Origin: an uncultured Planctomycetaceae bacterium
GTDB taxonomy: Bacteria > Planctomycetota > PLA2
Assembly (NCBI GenBank): GCA_964570285.1
Contig: CAZMXP010000004.1
Span: 75,365-139,364, forward strand
Length of the DNA stretch: 64,000 bases
Direction: 5' to 3'
Within the stretch, counting starts at the first letter, position 1; every line of letters starts with the position of its first letter. A program made the translations under genes and the position numbers. Below are positions 1 through 9,854 of the stretch, in pieces. The notes beneath the pieces were generated by a model that was not told where the DNA came from, searched no databases, and was given only the letters and a program-made list of their open reading frames with translations.

Positions 1-291
1 CTGGTGGAAGAGGTTCAGGAAGGTGTCCTCGCCGAGGATGAGCGCCATCTGCTTCGTCGCCGCGAAGGCGCCCGCGACGAGGCCGCAGATGGAGTCGACG
101 TCCATCCGGTCGTCCATGCCCTCGCGCGTGATCAGGTGGCCGTCCTTGTCCACGAGGAACGCGGACGACGCCTTGGCCCGCTGCAGGAATCCGCGCAGCG
201 TCGCGTTGATCTCCGACATCTCCTCGCGGTAGAACCGCAGGCGGTCCTTCCTCAGTTCCTCGTCGGTTTTCTGTTGCATCGGGCCAGGCAT
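1..291 (-). CDS. mglB: Roadblock/LC7 (MglB-family) GTPase-activating protein, 3' end truncated by the window edge
   Basis: Not in the ORF track. Manual translation from ATG 291 (AGGAG 8 nt upstream) gives MPGPMQQKTDEELRKDRLRFY...AFLVDKDGHLITREG...SICGLVAGAFAATKQMALILGEDTFLNLFHQ, matching the MglB pattern (FLVDKnG.LI...LxAGxxAATxxLAxLxGE..F..LFH). It lies directly downstream of the MglA-like gene. Confidence 0.8.
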   Translation of the reverse strand, partial: MPGPMQQKTDEELRKDRLRFYREEMSEINATLRGFLQRAKASSAFLVDKDGHLITREGMDDRMDVDSICGLVAGAFAATKQMALILGEDTFLNLFHQ

Positions 292-301
292 CGTTGGACT
301 C

Positions 302-1612
302 CTAGAGCAGTTGGAAGACGAGATATCCGATGGCGATCAGGGCGATGACGGTGAAGGCGGTGCCCGCCACGAGACTGGCGGCGGGGATGGGCTGCATGGC
401 GGGACCGCCGCGGGAACGCTGGCGGCGGTCCACGGCGGGCTGGGTGCCCACGCGGCGGCGCGGGAAGTCCTCCTCGGCCGCGGTGTCCGCGCGGTGCTGC
501 TCCCAGCTCGCGGCGCTCTCCCCCACGCGGCGGGGGAGCGGGCCGGACCGCGCGCGCCCCGCGCCGGGCCGGCGGGCCGGCTCCGAGGGGGCGCCCAGCA
601 CGGGCACGGGGTCGGAGCGGCGGCTCCACGCGGGCGCGCCCGACTCCTGCCGCGGCGCACGCCGCGACTGGACGGGGGGCGGCGTCGTGTCGAGATCCTG
701 CGCCGCCGCGCGGATGAACGCGGGCGGTTCGTAGGGATCCCGGTAGTCCGGCGGCTCAGGCTGCGGCAGCGCCGCAACCTGCTCGAACTCCTCGGAGGGC
801 TCCTCCGCCGCCTCGAACTCCCGTTGCTCGGGCGGAGGGGGAGGGGGCTCGGGGGCCCGGCGCCATGCGGGCGTGAAGGGCGCGGGCTCGGCCGCCGGCG
901 GGCGCGCCGGAGGTGTCGGCGCCCCGGCGAACGGCGCGCCCCCGACCCTGGCGGGTGCCGACTCCTCGCGCACGGGTGCCGACGCCGGCGGCGCGGAGGA
1001 GGCCGCCGCCTGCGCCATCGGCGCCGCGACCACCTTCGCGATGTCCTCGAGCACGCGCTGCGTCATCGCCTTCAGCGTCGAGAAGACGCCGCCGCCGGAG
1101 GAGGCCATGGCGGCGAACGAGACGGCGCCGCCGGGGTTGAGCTCCCGTTCGAGCTCCGCCTGCGGGAGGGCGTCGGCCTCGTCGCTCTTGTTCCACTGGA
1201 AGACGATCGGGATGTCGGCGAGCTCGCGCCCGAGGTGCGCGACGTTCTCGCGCAGGTTCTCCAGCGCCTCGATGTTGTCCGCGAGGCGCGCGCGCGAGCT
1301 GTCGGCGACGAAGACGATGCCGTCCACGCCCTCGAGCACGAGCAGGCGCAGCGCGTTCTGGTTCAGGATGTAGGGGATCGCGTAGAGGTGGACCTTCGTG
1401 CCGATCCCCGCCACCTGGCCGAGGTTCAGGGGCAGGAAATCGAAGAACAGCGTGCGGTTCGTGTCGGTCGCGATCGTGGTGAAGGCGCCGCGGACGTGCT
1501 CCGGCGCCCGGTCGTGGATCGACCGCAGGTTGGTCGTCTTGCCCGACTGGGCCGGGCCGTAGTAGACCACCTTGCACTGGACTTCGCGCTTCGCGAAGTT
1601 GATCTGAACCAT
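302..1612 (-). CDS. mglA: MglA-family small GTPase with a long Pro/Glu-rich linker and C-terminal transmembrane helix
   Basis: MVQINFAKREVQCKVVYYGPAQSGKTTNL (P-loop), TNRTLFFDFLPL, GVDGIVFVADS and QWNKSD are MglA motifs. The C-terminus LVAGTAFTVIALIAIGYLVFQLL is hydrophobic. Start moved to ATG 1612 by homology. Confidence 0.85.
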   Translation of the reverse strand: MVQINFAKREVQCKVVYYGPAQSGKTTNLRSIHDRAPEHVRGAFTTIATDTNRTLFFDFLPLNLGQVAGIGTKVHLYAIPYILNQNALRLLVLEGVDGIVFVADSSRARLADNIEALENLRENVAHLGRELADIPIVFQWNKSDEADALPQAELERELNPGGAVSFAAMASSGGGVFSTLKAMTQRVLEDIAKVVAAPMAQAAASSAPPASAPVREESAPARVGGAPFAGAPTPPARPPAAEPAPFTPAWRRAPEPPPPPPEQREFEAAEEPSEEFEQVAALPQPEPPDYRDPYEPPAFIRAAAQDLDTTPPPVQSRRAPRQESGAPAWSRRSDPVPVLGAPSEPARRPGAGRARSGPLPRRVGESAASWEQHRADTAAEEDFPRRRVGTQPAVDRRQRSRGGPAMQPIPAASLVAGTAFTVIALIAIGYLVFQLL

Positions 1613-1893
1613 CGCGCGCTTCCGCCTATATGCCTCCGCCAACAGGGCAGAGGGCTTCCCCCCCTATCGGCCATGTCGAGCACCCCGGTTGAGCCCCCCA
1701 ATTGCGAGCTCCACCCCCGTACCATTCGCGACGCCGTGTTCTCGACCAGCGAGTCAGAGGTGGCGACCGGACCGCGGCGCAGGGCCGCCGCCCTCCCCCC
1801 TTGGGGCCCATAGCCCGCGAAGCGGGCGACGGGCCCCCACGCCTGTTCGCGGACGCGGCGGCGGCCCCCCCCCTACCCCCCCCAATCCCCGCG

Positions 1894-1932
1894 CTAGGGG
1901 GAATCGCCCCGCCTGGGGGCGATTCGCCCTAG
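1894..1932. terminator. 17-bp hairpin (1 mismatch) overlapping the stop codon of the VWA gene
   Basis: CTAGGGGGAATCGCCCC / GGGGCGATTCGCCCTAG. Confidence 0.5.
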
Positions 1933-4670
1933 TGGTCGCCCGTCATGTGGACGAAGATGCCCGCGTTGGTGGTGGCGAGCTTGCTCAGGAACTCGAGATC
2001 CACCCCGGTGTTGCCCATCGCGATCACGTGGACGCGGAGGCGGGCGAAGCGGTTGCGCTCGTTGAACCAGGAGAGCAGTTCGTCCGCCTTGGTGATCTCG
2101 CCGTCGGTCGGGGTGCCGTCCGTGAGGAAGAAGAGCGTGTCGGGGGTGTCGGCGAACGAGGGGCTGAATCCGCCCCCGGCGCCCTGCATGCCGAGGATCG
2201 CCTTCAGGGCGTCGTAGTAGTTGGTCTGGCCGCTCGGGGCGACGTTCTGGATCGCGCTGATCGCGTTGGCGCCCATCGCGCCGGCGGGGACGGGGAAGTC
2301 CTGCCAGATCTTCACGCGGTCGTTGAAGAAGACGACGTTGAGGCGCGTGCGAGGGTCGAGTTCGCTGATCGCCTGCGTCAGCTCCTCCTTCGAGACGCCG
2401 ATGCGGGTGTTCGCGGTGTACTTGCGGCCGAGCCGCTGCTGCCACGCCTCCGAGACGGAGAAGCCCTGCAGCATCGACTCGCTGATGTCGAGCACGTAGC
2501 CGACCGCGCGCGCGTAGACCTTGAGGCCGTAGTAGGTGGGGGGCTTCTTCGTCGTGTCGGCGTACCGCCCCGCGTCCGGCTTGGTCTCCCTCTCCTTCGC
2601 CGCTTCCGCCTCCGCCTCCTTCTCGATCTGCTCGCGGCTCTTCTGCTCGAGTTCCGCGAACTTCTTCGCCTTCACCCACCAGGTGCGCCACATCTCGGCG
2701 GGCCAGTCCCGGTCCATGCCGGTGAGCGCCTTCAGCGCCGTGCGGATCTCGTCGTGGACGCGGCCGCCCTCCTGGTCGAGGCGGCCGATCAGCATCTCGA
2801 CGGCGTCGGTGGAGCCGATCGCCTTGAACGCCTCGCAGGTCGCGACCTTGAGCTGCCAGTCGCGGCTCATCAGGTTGCGCTCGAAGAGCGGGATCTGCGC
2901 CTTCGCCGCGTCGCCGAAGAGCCCGAGCGCGTCCATCGCCGCCATGCGCACCTTGCCGCTCGACGTGTCGCCGGTGAGCCGCGCGAACGCGGGCAGCGAC
3001 TCCGTGTCCTTCAGCAGCGCGAGCGCGCGCATCGCGTTGCACTTCACGAGCCAGAAGCCGTCGTCCAGCGCCGTGCGCAGCACCGGGATCGCCTCGGTGT
3101 CGCCGAGTTCGCCGAACGTGCGGCAGAGCGCGGCGCGGCCGAGCTTGCCCGCGCGCGTGAACCCCTCGCCGCGCAGGTAGGCGAGCACCTCCTTGTCCTC
3201 GGTGCGCGCGAGCACGAGCGCGATCACCTCGCGCACCCGGTCGCTGTCCTTGCTGTCCATCAGCGAGACGAGCAGCCGGGCGGTCTTGACGTTCTGGCAG
3301 CGCTCGAGCCCCCGGATCTTGCCCGAGAGGAGCTGGATGTCGGCCTCGTTCGCGATCTCGCGCAGCTCGCGCGAGCTCGCCTCCTCGACGTCGACCTCCT
3401 TCTCGCCCTCCTTCCGGGACGCGCTGACGTCGCGCCGCCGGTTCAGCACCCGTTCCCGCCAGCGGTCGTCCACGTACTCCGGCGCCTGCCCGAAGGCGGC
3501 CTTGCAGGCGACGCGCGCCTCCTCGGCGTTGCGCAGCCGCTGCACGAAGGCGACGAAGGGATCCTTGTCCTCCGCGAGGAAGATGTCGAACCACGACCAC
3601 GACCGCACGTGCATGTCGAAGTCCATCTGCTTCGCCGTCGCGGCCTGGAACATCCGTTCCACCGGGTCGCGGTCGGGGCCGCGGCCGGCGATCTTCTTCG
3701 CCTTGTCGTCCCAGCCCGACCCCGGCCCGCTGACGGTGACGCCCTCGTACGCGCAGTAGGTCGAAAAGTCGAAGGCGCGCGGATGCAGCTTGCTGAGCCA
3801 GTGCGCCGCGCCGCGGAAGATCCACTGCGGCAGGTACTTCTCGTGCACGCCCGACGAGTGGTAGGTCGAGATGCAGAGGTGGCCGATCATGTGGCGGCAG
3901 GTGAAGTGGAGGTCGTCGTCGTCGCGCCCCGCGATGATGAAGCCGTTGCCCGCGAGGCCGTCCACGAGCTTGCCCGCGCCGCCGCCGTAGAGCAGGTTGG
4001 TCTGCGCGTTGCCGAGCTGGTCCTGCGAGAAGCGCTGCCGCGTGCCCTCCGACCGCACGAGGATCATCATGGAGCGCATCGAGCGCACGCTGCCGAAGTA
4101 CTTCTCGAAGTCCGACCGCGCCTGCTCCGCCCGCTGCAGGTAGAGGTGCAGCATCTCGTGCTGGTCCATGATGCGCGGGCCGCCGTTCGCCGTCTGGATC
4201 TTCAGGTTGCCGAGGTCGGTCACGAAGACGTAGTGCGGCGACATCGCCACCTCGATCTTCTTGCCGCCGATCGCGCGCATCTTCTCCCGCGCCGCGAGCA
4301 CGATCGGCACGTCGGTGTCGGCGTTCTCCTTCGCGTCGCCGCTGCAGTTGGGGCAGTTGGCCCAGTTCGGGAAGGGGCAGCACTTCTTCTCCGCGCACAT
4401 CGTGCAGGAGATGCGCCAGGAGACCGCGTGGCGCCGCAGGAAGCAGGCCATGCGCGGGCTGAGCCAACAGGCGTCGTTCCACTCCTTGGGCGGGTTCACG
4501 CCGGGGTGGATGCCCGCGTTCGTGGCCGGGCAGGGGTCGGGATCGGCCGGGGGCGCCTTCGGACAGCGCAGGAAGAGGTAGGAGGCGTTGCCCTCGAGGC
4601 AGGTGCACTTGGCGTCCTGCGCGAGCAGCGCCTGGGCGAGGAGCAGGAGTACGAAGAGGCCGCGCTGCAC
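1929..4670 (-). CDS. Secreted Cys-rich / zincin-like / HEAT-repeat / VWA domain protein
   Basis: GTG 4670, then signal peptide RGLFVLLLLAQALLA and 12 Cys in about 90 aa. HEAT-like repeats follow (ALCRTFGELGDTEAIPVL, AMRALALLKD, AMDALGLFGD, CEAFKAIGS). C-terminal VWA MIDAS motif YVLDISESM...FFLTDGTPT. Confidence 0.8.
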   Translation of the reverse strand: MQRGLFVLLLLAQALLAQDAKCTCLEGNASYLFLRCPKAPPADPDPCPATNAGIHPGVNPPKEWNDACWLSPRMACFLRRHAVSWRISCTMCAEKKCCPFPNWANCPNCSGDAKENADTDVPIVLAAREKMRAIGGKKIEVAMSPHYVFVTDLGNLKIQTANGGPRIMDQHEMLHLYLQRAEQARSDFEKYFGSVRSMRSMMILVRSEGTRQRFSQDQLGNAQTNLLYGGGAGKLVDGLAGNGFIIAGRDDDDLHFTCRHMIGHLCISTYHSSGVHEKYLPQWIFRGAAHWLSKLHPRAFDFSTYCAYEGVTVSGPGSGWDDKAKKIAGRGPDRDPVERMFQAATAKQMDFDMHVRSWSWFDIFLAEDKDPFVAFVQRLRNAEEARVACKAAFGQAPEYVDDRWRERVLNRRRDVSASRKEGEKEVDVEEASSRELREIANEADIQLLSGKIRGLERCQNVKTARLLVSLMDSKDSDRVREVIALVLARTEDKEVLAYLRGEGFTRAGKLGRAALCRTFGELGDTEAIPVLRTALDDGFWLVKCNAMRALALLKDTESLPAFARLTGDTSSGKVRMAAMDALGLFGDAAKAQIPLFERNLMSRDWQLKVATCEAFKAIGSTDAVEMLIGRLDQEGGRVHDEIRTALKALTGMDRDWPAEMWRTWWVKAKKFAELEQKSREQIEKEAEAEAAKERETKPDAGRYADTTKKPPTYYGLKVYARAVGYVLDISESMLQGFSVSEAWQQRLGRKYTANTRIGVSKEELTQAISELDPRTRLNVVFFNDRVKIWQDFPVPAGAMGANAISAIQNVAPSGQTNYYDALKAILGMQGAGGGFSPSFADTPDTLFFLTDGTPTDGEITKADELLSWFNERNRFARLRVHVIAMGNTGVDLEFLSKLATTNAGIFVHMTGDH

Positions 4671-4684
4671 GGGAGGATTATACA

Positions 4685-4716
4685 GGGGGGGCGCGGGGGC
4701 CCCCCCGCGCCCCCCC
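4685..4716. repeat. REP-like G/C palindrome (GGGGGCGCGGGGG..CCCCCGCGCCCCC family)
   Basis: Palindrome between divergent genes. A near-identical copy is at 21198-21227 and a half-site near 56629-56646. Confidence 0.55.
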
Positions 4717-4752
4717 GGGATGGGCCTTGGCCCCCGATGGTAGCCTCTGCGC

Positions 4753-6171
4753 ATGCGCGTCCTCCATGTCGCGATGGAGTGCGTCCCCTTCTCGAAGGTG
4801 GGGGGGATGGCGGACGTCGTCGGTTCGCTGCCGGGCGCGCTGGACGGCCTCGGCGTCGAGAGCACGGTCTTCACGCCCTACTACCCGCAGATCTACAGGA
4901 AGGAGGCCGGCAAGGAGATCGCCGCGTTCGACGTGTGGATCGCGGAGAAGCCCCACCGCGTGACGCTGCGCCGCGCGAACGACGGGGCGATCCTCGTCGA
5001 CCAGCCGACCGCGTTCGACCGGCCGGGGGTCTACGACGACCCGCGCACCGGCGAGGGGTTCAAGGACAGCCTCTACCGCTGCGTGATCCTGCAGCAGGCC
5101 GCGCGCCTCGCGCTGCGCGACGGCCATGTCGAGGCGGACGTCGTCCACTGCCACGACAACCACACCGGTCTGCTGCCGGTCTACCTGAAGGACGACGGCG
5201 GCCCGCCGAGCGTCTTCACGATCCACAACCTCGCCTACCAGGGCATCTACGGCCGCGGCGAGTTCTGGGTCACCGGGCTGCACACCGACCGCTTCTTCGG
5301 CCACTCGGCCTTCGAGTTCTACGGCGACCTCTCGCTGATGAAGGCGGGGCTCTCGTTTGCCGACCTCGTCACGACGGTGAGCCCCGGCTACGCCGCCGAG
5401 ATCGTGACGCCGGCGCACGGCCACGGCCTCGACGGCGTGCTGCGCAACCTGGGCGACCGCCTCGTCGGCATCCTCAACGGCATCGACACGAAGCTCTGGG
5501 ACCCCGGCACCGACCGGGCGCTCGCCGCGACCTTCACCGCGACGCGCATCGCGGGACGCAAGCAGTGCACGCGCGCGCTGCGGGAGCGCGCGGGGCTCAG
5601 GGACGATCCGTCCGCGCCGCTCTGCGGCATGGTCTCGCGCGTGACGCACCAGAAGGGTCTCGACCTCGTGGGCGCGATCCTCCCGTGGCTCGTGCGCCGG
5701 GGCGCGCAGGTCGTGCTGCTCGGCTCGGGGGACGCCGCGATCCTCGACCTCTTCCGCGGCGCCACCGGGCGCTGGCCCGGGCAGGTCGCGCTGCTCGAGG
5801 GTTACGACGAGGCGCTTTCGCACCAGGTCTACGCCGGCATCGACCTCTTCCTGATGCCGTCGCGCTTCGAACCCTGCGGCCTCTCGCAGATGTACGCGAT
5901 GCGCTACGGCGCGGTGCCGGTCGTGACGAAGATGGGCGGGCTCAAGGACACCGTCACGCCCTTCGACGACGACCGTCCCGACGGCGTCGGCGTGCTCGCC
6001 GACTGGGCGAGCGCGGAGTCGCTGCAGGGCGCCGTCGACTACGCGCTGACGCTCTTCGGCCAGCCCGACAAGTGGAAGCGCATCCGCAGGAACGCGATGC
6101 AGCGCGACCTCTCGTGGGATGCGAGCGCCCGCGCCTACGTCGACGCCTACGAGCGGGTGCGGCGCCGTTGA
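4753..6171 (+). CDS. glgA: Glycogen synthase (GT5)
   Basis: ECVPFSKVGGMADVV (KxGG), HCHDNHTG, FTIHNLAYQG, GILNGID, PSRFEPCGLSQMYAMRYG. Confidence 0.95.
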   Translation: MRVLHVAMECVPFSKVGGMADVVGSLPGALDGLGVESTVFTPYYPQIYRKEAGKEIAAFDVWIAEKPHRVTLRRANDGAILVDQPTAFDRPGVYDDPRTGEGFKDSLYRCVILQQAARLALRDGHVEADVVHCHDNHTGLLPVYLKDDGGPPSVFTIHNLAYQGIYGRGEFWVTGLHTDRFFGHSAFEFYGDLSLMKAGLSFADLVTTVSPGYAAEIVTPAHGHGLDGVLRNLGDRLVGILNGIDTKLWDPGTDRALAATFTATRIAGRKQCTRALRERAGLRDDPSAPLCGMVSRVTHQKGLDLVGAILPWLVRRGAQVVLLGSGDAAILDLFRGATGRWPGQVALLEGYDEALSHQVYAGIDLFLMPSRFEPCGLSQMYAMRYGAVPVVTKMGGLKDTVTPFDDDRPDGVGVLADWASAESLQGAVDYALTLFGQPDKWKRIRRNAMQRDLSWDASARAYVDAYERVRRR

Positions 6172-7016
6172 GCCTCCTCGCGGCGGACGTCGGCGGCACG
6201 TCGATCCGCGCCGCCCTCGTGGACGACCGCGGGACCATCCTCGAACGCGGCGAGGCGCCCACCCCGCAGGATCCGCGCGAGGGCGTCGCCGCGGTCGCGA
6301 GCCTCTGGAAGCGCTGGGACCCGCGGGCGCCGCGCGGCCTCGTGATCGCGGGGGCGATCCGCCCCGGGACCGGCGAGATCACGCAGTCGCCCAACCTGCG
6401 GCGCTGGGAGGGGACGCGCCCCGGCGCCGCGCTCTCCTGCGTCGTCCATAACGACGCCAACGGCGCACTGCTCGGCGAGCGCTGGACCGGCGCGCTGCGG
6501 GGCTGCGGGTCGGCGGTGATGCTCACGCTGGGCACCGGCGTCGGCGGCGGCGTGCTGATGGGTGGGACGCTCTGGGAGGGGGCGACGGGCTGCGCCGGGG
6601 AGGCGGGGCACCTGCCGGTGCACCCCGACGGCCCCGTCTGCGGGTGCGGCTCCCGCGGCTGCCTCGAACTCTACGCGAGCGCGAACGCCGTCGCGAAGGC
6701 GGCCGGCACGCGCGACGCGAAGGAGGCCTCGGATCTCGCCCGCCGCGGCGAACCGCGCTCCCGCGGCGCCTTCGATCGCGCCGCGGAGGCGCTCGGCATC
6801 GCCCTCGCCGGCCTCGCGAACGTCCTGAACCCGGAGGTCTTCTGCCTCGGCGGCGGCCTCTCGAACGCGTTTGACCTGTTGCAGCCGACGCTGCTGCGCG
6901 TGCTGCGCGCACGCGCCTTCCGCCTCGCCACCGAGTCGCTGCGCGTGATCCCGGCCGGTCTCGGCGGCGACGCCGGCCTCGTCGGCGCCGCGTGGGCGGC
7001 GGCCGCCTCCCGATAG
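6168..7016 (+). CDS. ROK-family sugar kinase (glucokinase-like)
   Basis: TTG start overlaps the glgA stop. Motifs ADVGGT, HNDANGA, LTLGTGVGGG, EAGH and CGCGSRGCLE. This is the C-terminal part of track ORF 1689..7016. Confidence 0.9.
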   Translation: MSLLAADVGGTSIRAALVDDRGTILERGEAPTPQDPREGVAAVASLWKRWDPRAPRGLVIAGAIRPGTGEITQSPNLRRWEGTRPGAALSCVVHNDANGALLGERWTGALRGCGSAVMLTLGTGVGGGVLMGGTLWEGATGCAGEAGHLPVHPDGPVCGCGSRGCLELYASANAVAKAAGTRDAKEASDLARRGEPRSRGAFDRAAEALGIALAGLANVLNPEVFCLGGGLSNAFDLLQPTLLRVLRARAFRLATESLRVIPAGLGGDAGLVGAAWAAAASR

Positions 7017-7061
7017 CCGCGGAGACGCGTGCCCTCCCCGGATGCGACAATCGCGGCCGCG

Positions 7062-7679
7062 ATGGACCTCGAAGACGCGATCCGCACGAGGCGCAGCACG
7101 AAGAGCTTCCGCCACGACCGCCCCGTGACCGACGGGATGCTGCGGCGGATCTTCGATCTCGTGCGCCTGAGCCCCACCTCCTACAACCTGCAGCACCAGC
7201 GCTTCGTCGTCGTGCGCGACCACGGACGGCGCCAGCGGCTCATGGAGGCGTGCTACGGGCAGAAGCACGTCGGCGAGGCGCCCTGCGTCGTGGTCGTCGC
7301 GGCCTGGCTCGACGCGCACACCGACGCGGCGCGCGCGAACGGCCACGCGCCCGAGGAGGTGCTCGACCGGCTCGTGCCGTTCATCGAGCGCGCCTACGCC
7401 GACCGCCCGCAACTCCAGCGCGACGAGGCCATCCGCAGCGCGTCGCTCGCGTCGATGACGCTGATGCTCGTCGCGACCGCTGAGGGGCTCTCGACCTGCC
7501 CGATGATCGGTTTCGAGCCCGCAAAGGTCCGCGAGATCGCGGGGCTCGACGACCGCCACATCCCGGTGATGCTGATCGTGCTCGGCGTCGCGGGCGAGGG
7601 CGAGCCCTTCCCGACGAGCCGCTTCCCGCTCGCCGACTCGGTGAAGCTCGAATCGCTCGACGGAAGGGGGCTCGCATGA
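7062..7679 (+). CDS. Nitroreductase family protein
   Basis: AIRTRRSTKSF, LSPTSYNLQHQRFVVV, GLSTCPMIGF; ATG 7062 preferred. Confidence 0.9.
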   Translation: MDLEDAIRTRRSTKSFRHDRPVTDGMLRRIFDLVRLSPTSYNLQHQRFVVVRDHGRRQRLMEACYGQKHVGEAPCVVVVAAWLDAHTDAARANGHAPEEVLDRLVPFIERAYADRPQLQRDEAIRSASLASMTLMLVATAEGLSTCPMIGFEPAKVREIAGLDDRHIPVMLIVLGVAGEGEPFPTSRFPLADSVKLESLDGRGLA

Positions 7680-8905
7680 GGCGCGCGCTGCTGCCGCTCC
7701 TGCTCGTGGGGGGCTGCCTGCACTACGAGATCTCCGTCGAAACCGCCGTCGCCGCCGACGGCGCGACGAGGCGCGAGATCCGCATCCGCGAGACGTCGGA
7801 GGAGCCCAAGACCTGGAAGAACCTGGTCCCCCCCGGCCCCCCCTACGTCTTGGAAGGGGACGAGGCCACCGGATTTGTCGCGAAGGCATCGCAGAAACCC
7901 GGCACGCACGGGAGCGGCCTCCACTACCGCACCGGGAAGGAGGAGGAGGGGGGCGCCCACGTCTCGGGCAGCGTGACGGTCGAGGTGACCGACCTGAGGG
8001 TCGGCAAGCTCTACGTCTACCGCGAGCGCTTCCCGACGGCGATCGATCCCGAGCGCTTCCGCCGCGAACTGCCCCTGTGGATGGAGCGGTCGCTCGCGGT
8101 AGGCGTCGAGGCGATGCGCCTCATGCACCCCGACATCGACTGGGCGCCGGTCGAGGCGCACGTGCGCGGCACGGTGCTGCCGCAGCTCGAGAAGTCGATG
8201 CTCGCGATCCACTCGGCGCTGCAGGTGCTGATCGCCGACGGCCGGGCGCACCACTACGGCAACGACTTCGAGGCGTGGCGCTCCCATCCGCAGGCGCGGG
8301 TGCTGCTCGCGGAGATGGAGCGCTACGGGCTGCGGCGCAAGGCGGAGGCGAAGGCGCCGCGCACGGTCCGCGAGTTCTTCGACGAGGCCTCGTGGGAGCA
8401 CCCGCTGGCGCTGCTCGACCTCTTCTTCCGCCCGCTGAAGGCGGAGCTGCGCGCGCTCGTCGACAAGTCGATCCTCGAGCCCAGCGAGGGCGCGCCCGAC
8501 CGTTTCGAGGAGGTGATGGACAAGCTCTACCCCGAGGGGGAGGTGCGCGACAAGCTCGAACGCGACGGCCTCGCGTGGCTGATCAGCCTGCTCGGCGCCC
8601 CCGCCGTCATCGGCATCGTCGACCAGCACGACCTCCGCTTCGGCGTGCTGCTGCCGGGCCAGCTCCTCGCGACGAACGGCGAGCCGTCGGGCGACCTCGG
8701 CGTGCGCTGGCAGCTCGACAACGCAGACCTCTTCCTCGTCGGCCCCGAGCTCTCGGCGGTCTCCTTCCTGCCCGCCGAGGGCGAACCGCAGGGCCGCTGG
8801 CGGCTCAGGAGCCTGCTCGCGATCCGCGACGCGCTGCTCGACGGCGACGAGGAGCCCGACCTGCTCAAGGCGATCGAGAGGGCGCGGGCGGAGGCGTCGG
8901 GTTGA
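7676..8905 (+). CDS. Hypothetical lipoprotein
   Basis: Lipobox-like MRRALLPLLLVGG-C; ATGA overlap with the upstream gene; host-like codon usage. Confidence 0.7.
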   Translation: MRRALLPLLLVGGCLHYEISVETAVAADGATRREIRIRETSEEPKTWKNLVPPGPPYVLEGDEATGFVAKASQKPGTHGSGLHYRTGKEEEGGAHVSGSVTVEVTDLRVGKLYVYRERFPTAIDPERFRRELPLWMERSLAVGVEAMRLMHPDIDWAPVEAHVRGTVLPQLEKSMLAIHSALQVLIADGRAHHYGNDFEAWRSHPQARVLLAEMERYGLRRKAEAKAPRTVREFFDEASWEHPLALLDLFFRPLKAELRALVDKSILEPSEGAPDRFEEVMDKLYPEGEVRDKLERDGLAWLISLLGAPAVIGIVDQHDLRFGVLLPGQLLATNGEPSGDLGVRWQLDNADLFLVGPELSAVSFLPAEGEPQGRWRLRSLLAIRDALLDGDEEPDLLKAIERARAEASG

Positions 8906-9842
8906 CCGCGACCATCGCGAGCGTGTCGAACGCCTGCTCCGCGAAGCGGCGCTTGTACTCCATGTCCATGCCGAGGTCGTAGGTCGCGACCCCCTCGGCG
9001 GCGAGCGCGTCGATCTGCGCGACCTGCAGCGCGTTGCCGAGCGAGAGGCGCGCGAACGCCTGGTCGTAGCTGAACTGGAAGCCGCGGTAGATGCCGTGCG
9101 CGACGCCCCCGAGCACGTAGCCGACGTCGCTCCCGCGCTGCCGCGCGAGAAGGAGCCGCAGCGACCCGGAGGCATGGAGCCGCGCGGCCAGCGCGCGGTA
9201 GAAGCGCTGGAGCGGGCGGTCGAAGAGGCCCGTGGAGGCGGCTCCTTTCCAGCTCCGCGCCTCGATCGCGACGAGGCGATCGATCAGGGGGTCCGGGGGC
9301 AGCGAGACGCGCTCGAACGTGATGCCCGCCCGGGCGGCCCGCCGCAGCGTCTCCCTGACCTGTTTCCTGAAGTGGGGCGTGCGGCGCGAGAGATAGCCCC
9401 CGAGCCCCCCGGTGATGTCGGCGCGGCGGCGCGTGATCCCTCCCTCGGGCCGCCACCGCCCGACGGACGCATCGAGGATCCCCTGCAACAGCCTCGACTT
9501 GGGCGGGATGCCGTTGAGCAGCAGCAGGTCCCAGCGTCGGCCGGCGCAGAGCTCCCGCAGCAGCGCCGGCGACCCGGCGCCGACCAGCGGAGAGGCAAAT
9601 CCCCAGACGTGCTCGAGCGGCAGCAGCAGCACGCGGCCCGACGGCAGCGTCACCGATTGCAGCACGACATGGTCGGCGCCGCGGCGGCCGGCGAGGAACT
9701 CGCCCCCGCCGGGCCAGGCGTCCGCCGCGGCGAGGATCCAGTCGGCGCTCGTGCAGTAGCGGTCGATCTCCTCCGCGCGCGCGACGGCGGCGTCGTAGCC
9801 GCTGCTCCCGGCCTCGAACCGCGCGCGCGTCAGCCGCTCCAT
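8865..9842 (-). CDS. GNAT-family acetyltransferase (CelD/BcsL-like)
   Basis: YLSRRTPHFRKQVRETLRRA, FQFSYDQAFARLSLGNALQ and YDLGMDMEYKRRFA fit the Acetyltransf_6 pattern. Confidence 0.8.
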   Translation of the reverse strand: MERLTRARFEAGSSGYDAAVARAEEIDRYCTSADWILAAADAWPGGGEFLAGRRGADHVVLQSVTLPSGRVLLLPLEHVWGFASPLVGAGSPALLRELCAGRRWDLLLLNGIPPKSRLLQGILDASVGRWRPEGGITRRRADITGGLGGYLSRRTPHFRKQVRETLRRAARAGITFERVSLPPDPLIDRLVAIEARSWKGAASTGLFDRPLQRFYRALAARLHASGSLRLLLARQRGSDVGYVLGGVAHGIYRGFQFSYDQAFARLSLGNALQVAQIDALAAEGVATYDLGMDMEYKRRFAEQAFDTLAMVAVNPTPPPAPSRSP

Positions 9843-9854
9843 GCGGCGTGCATC

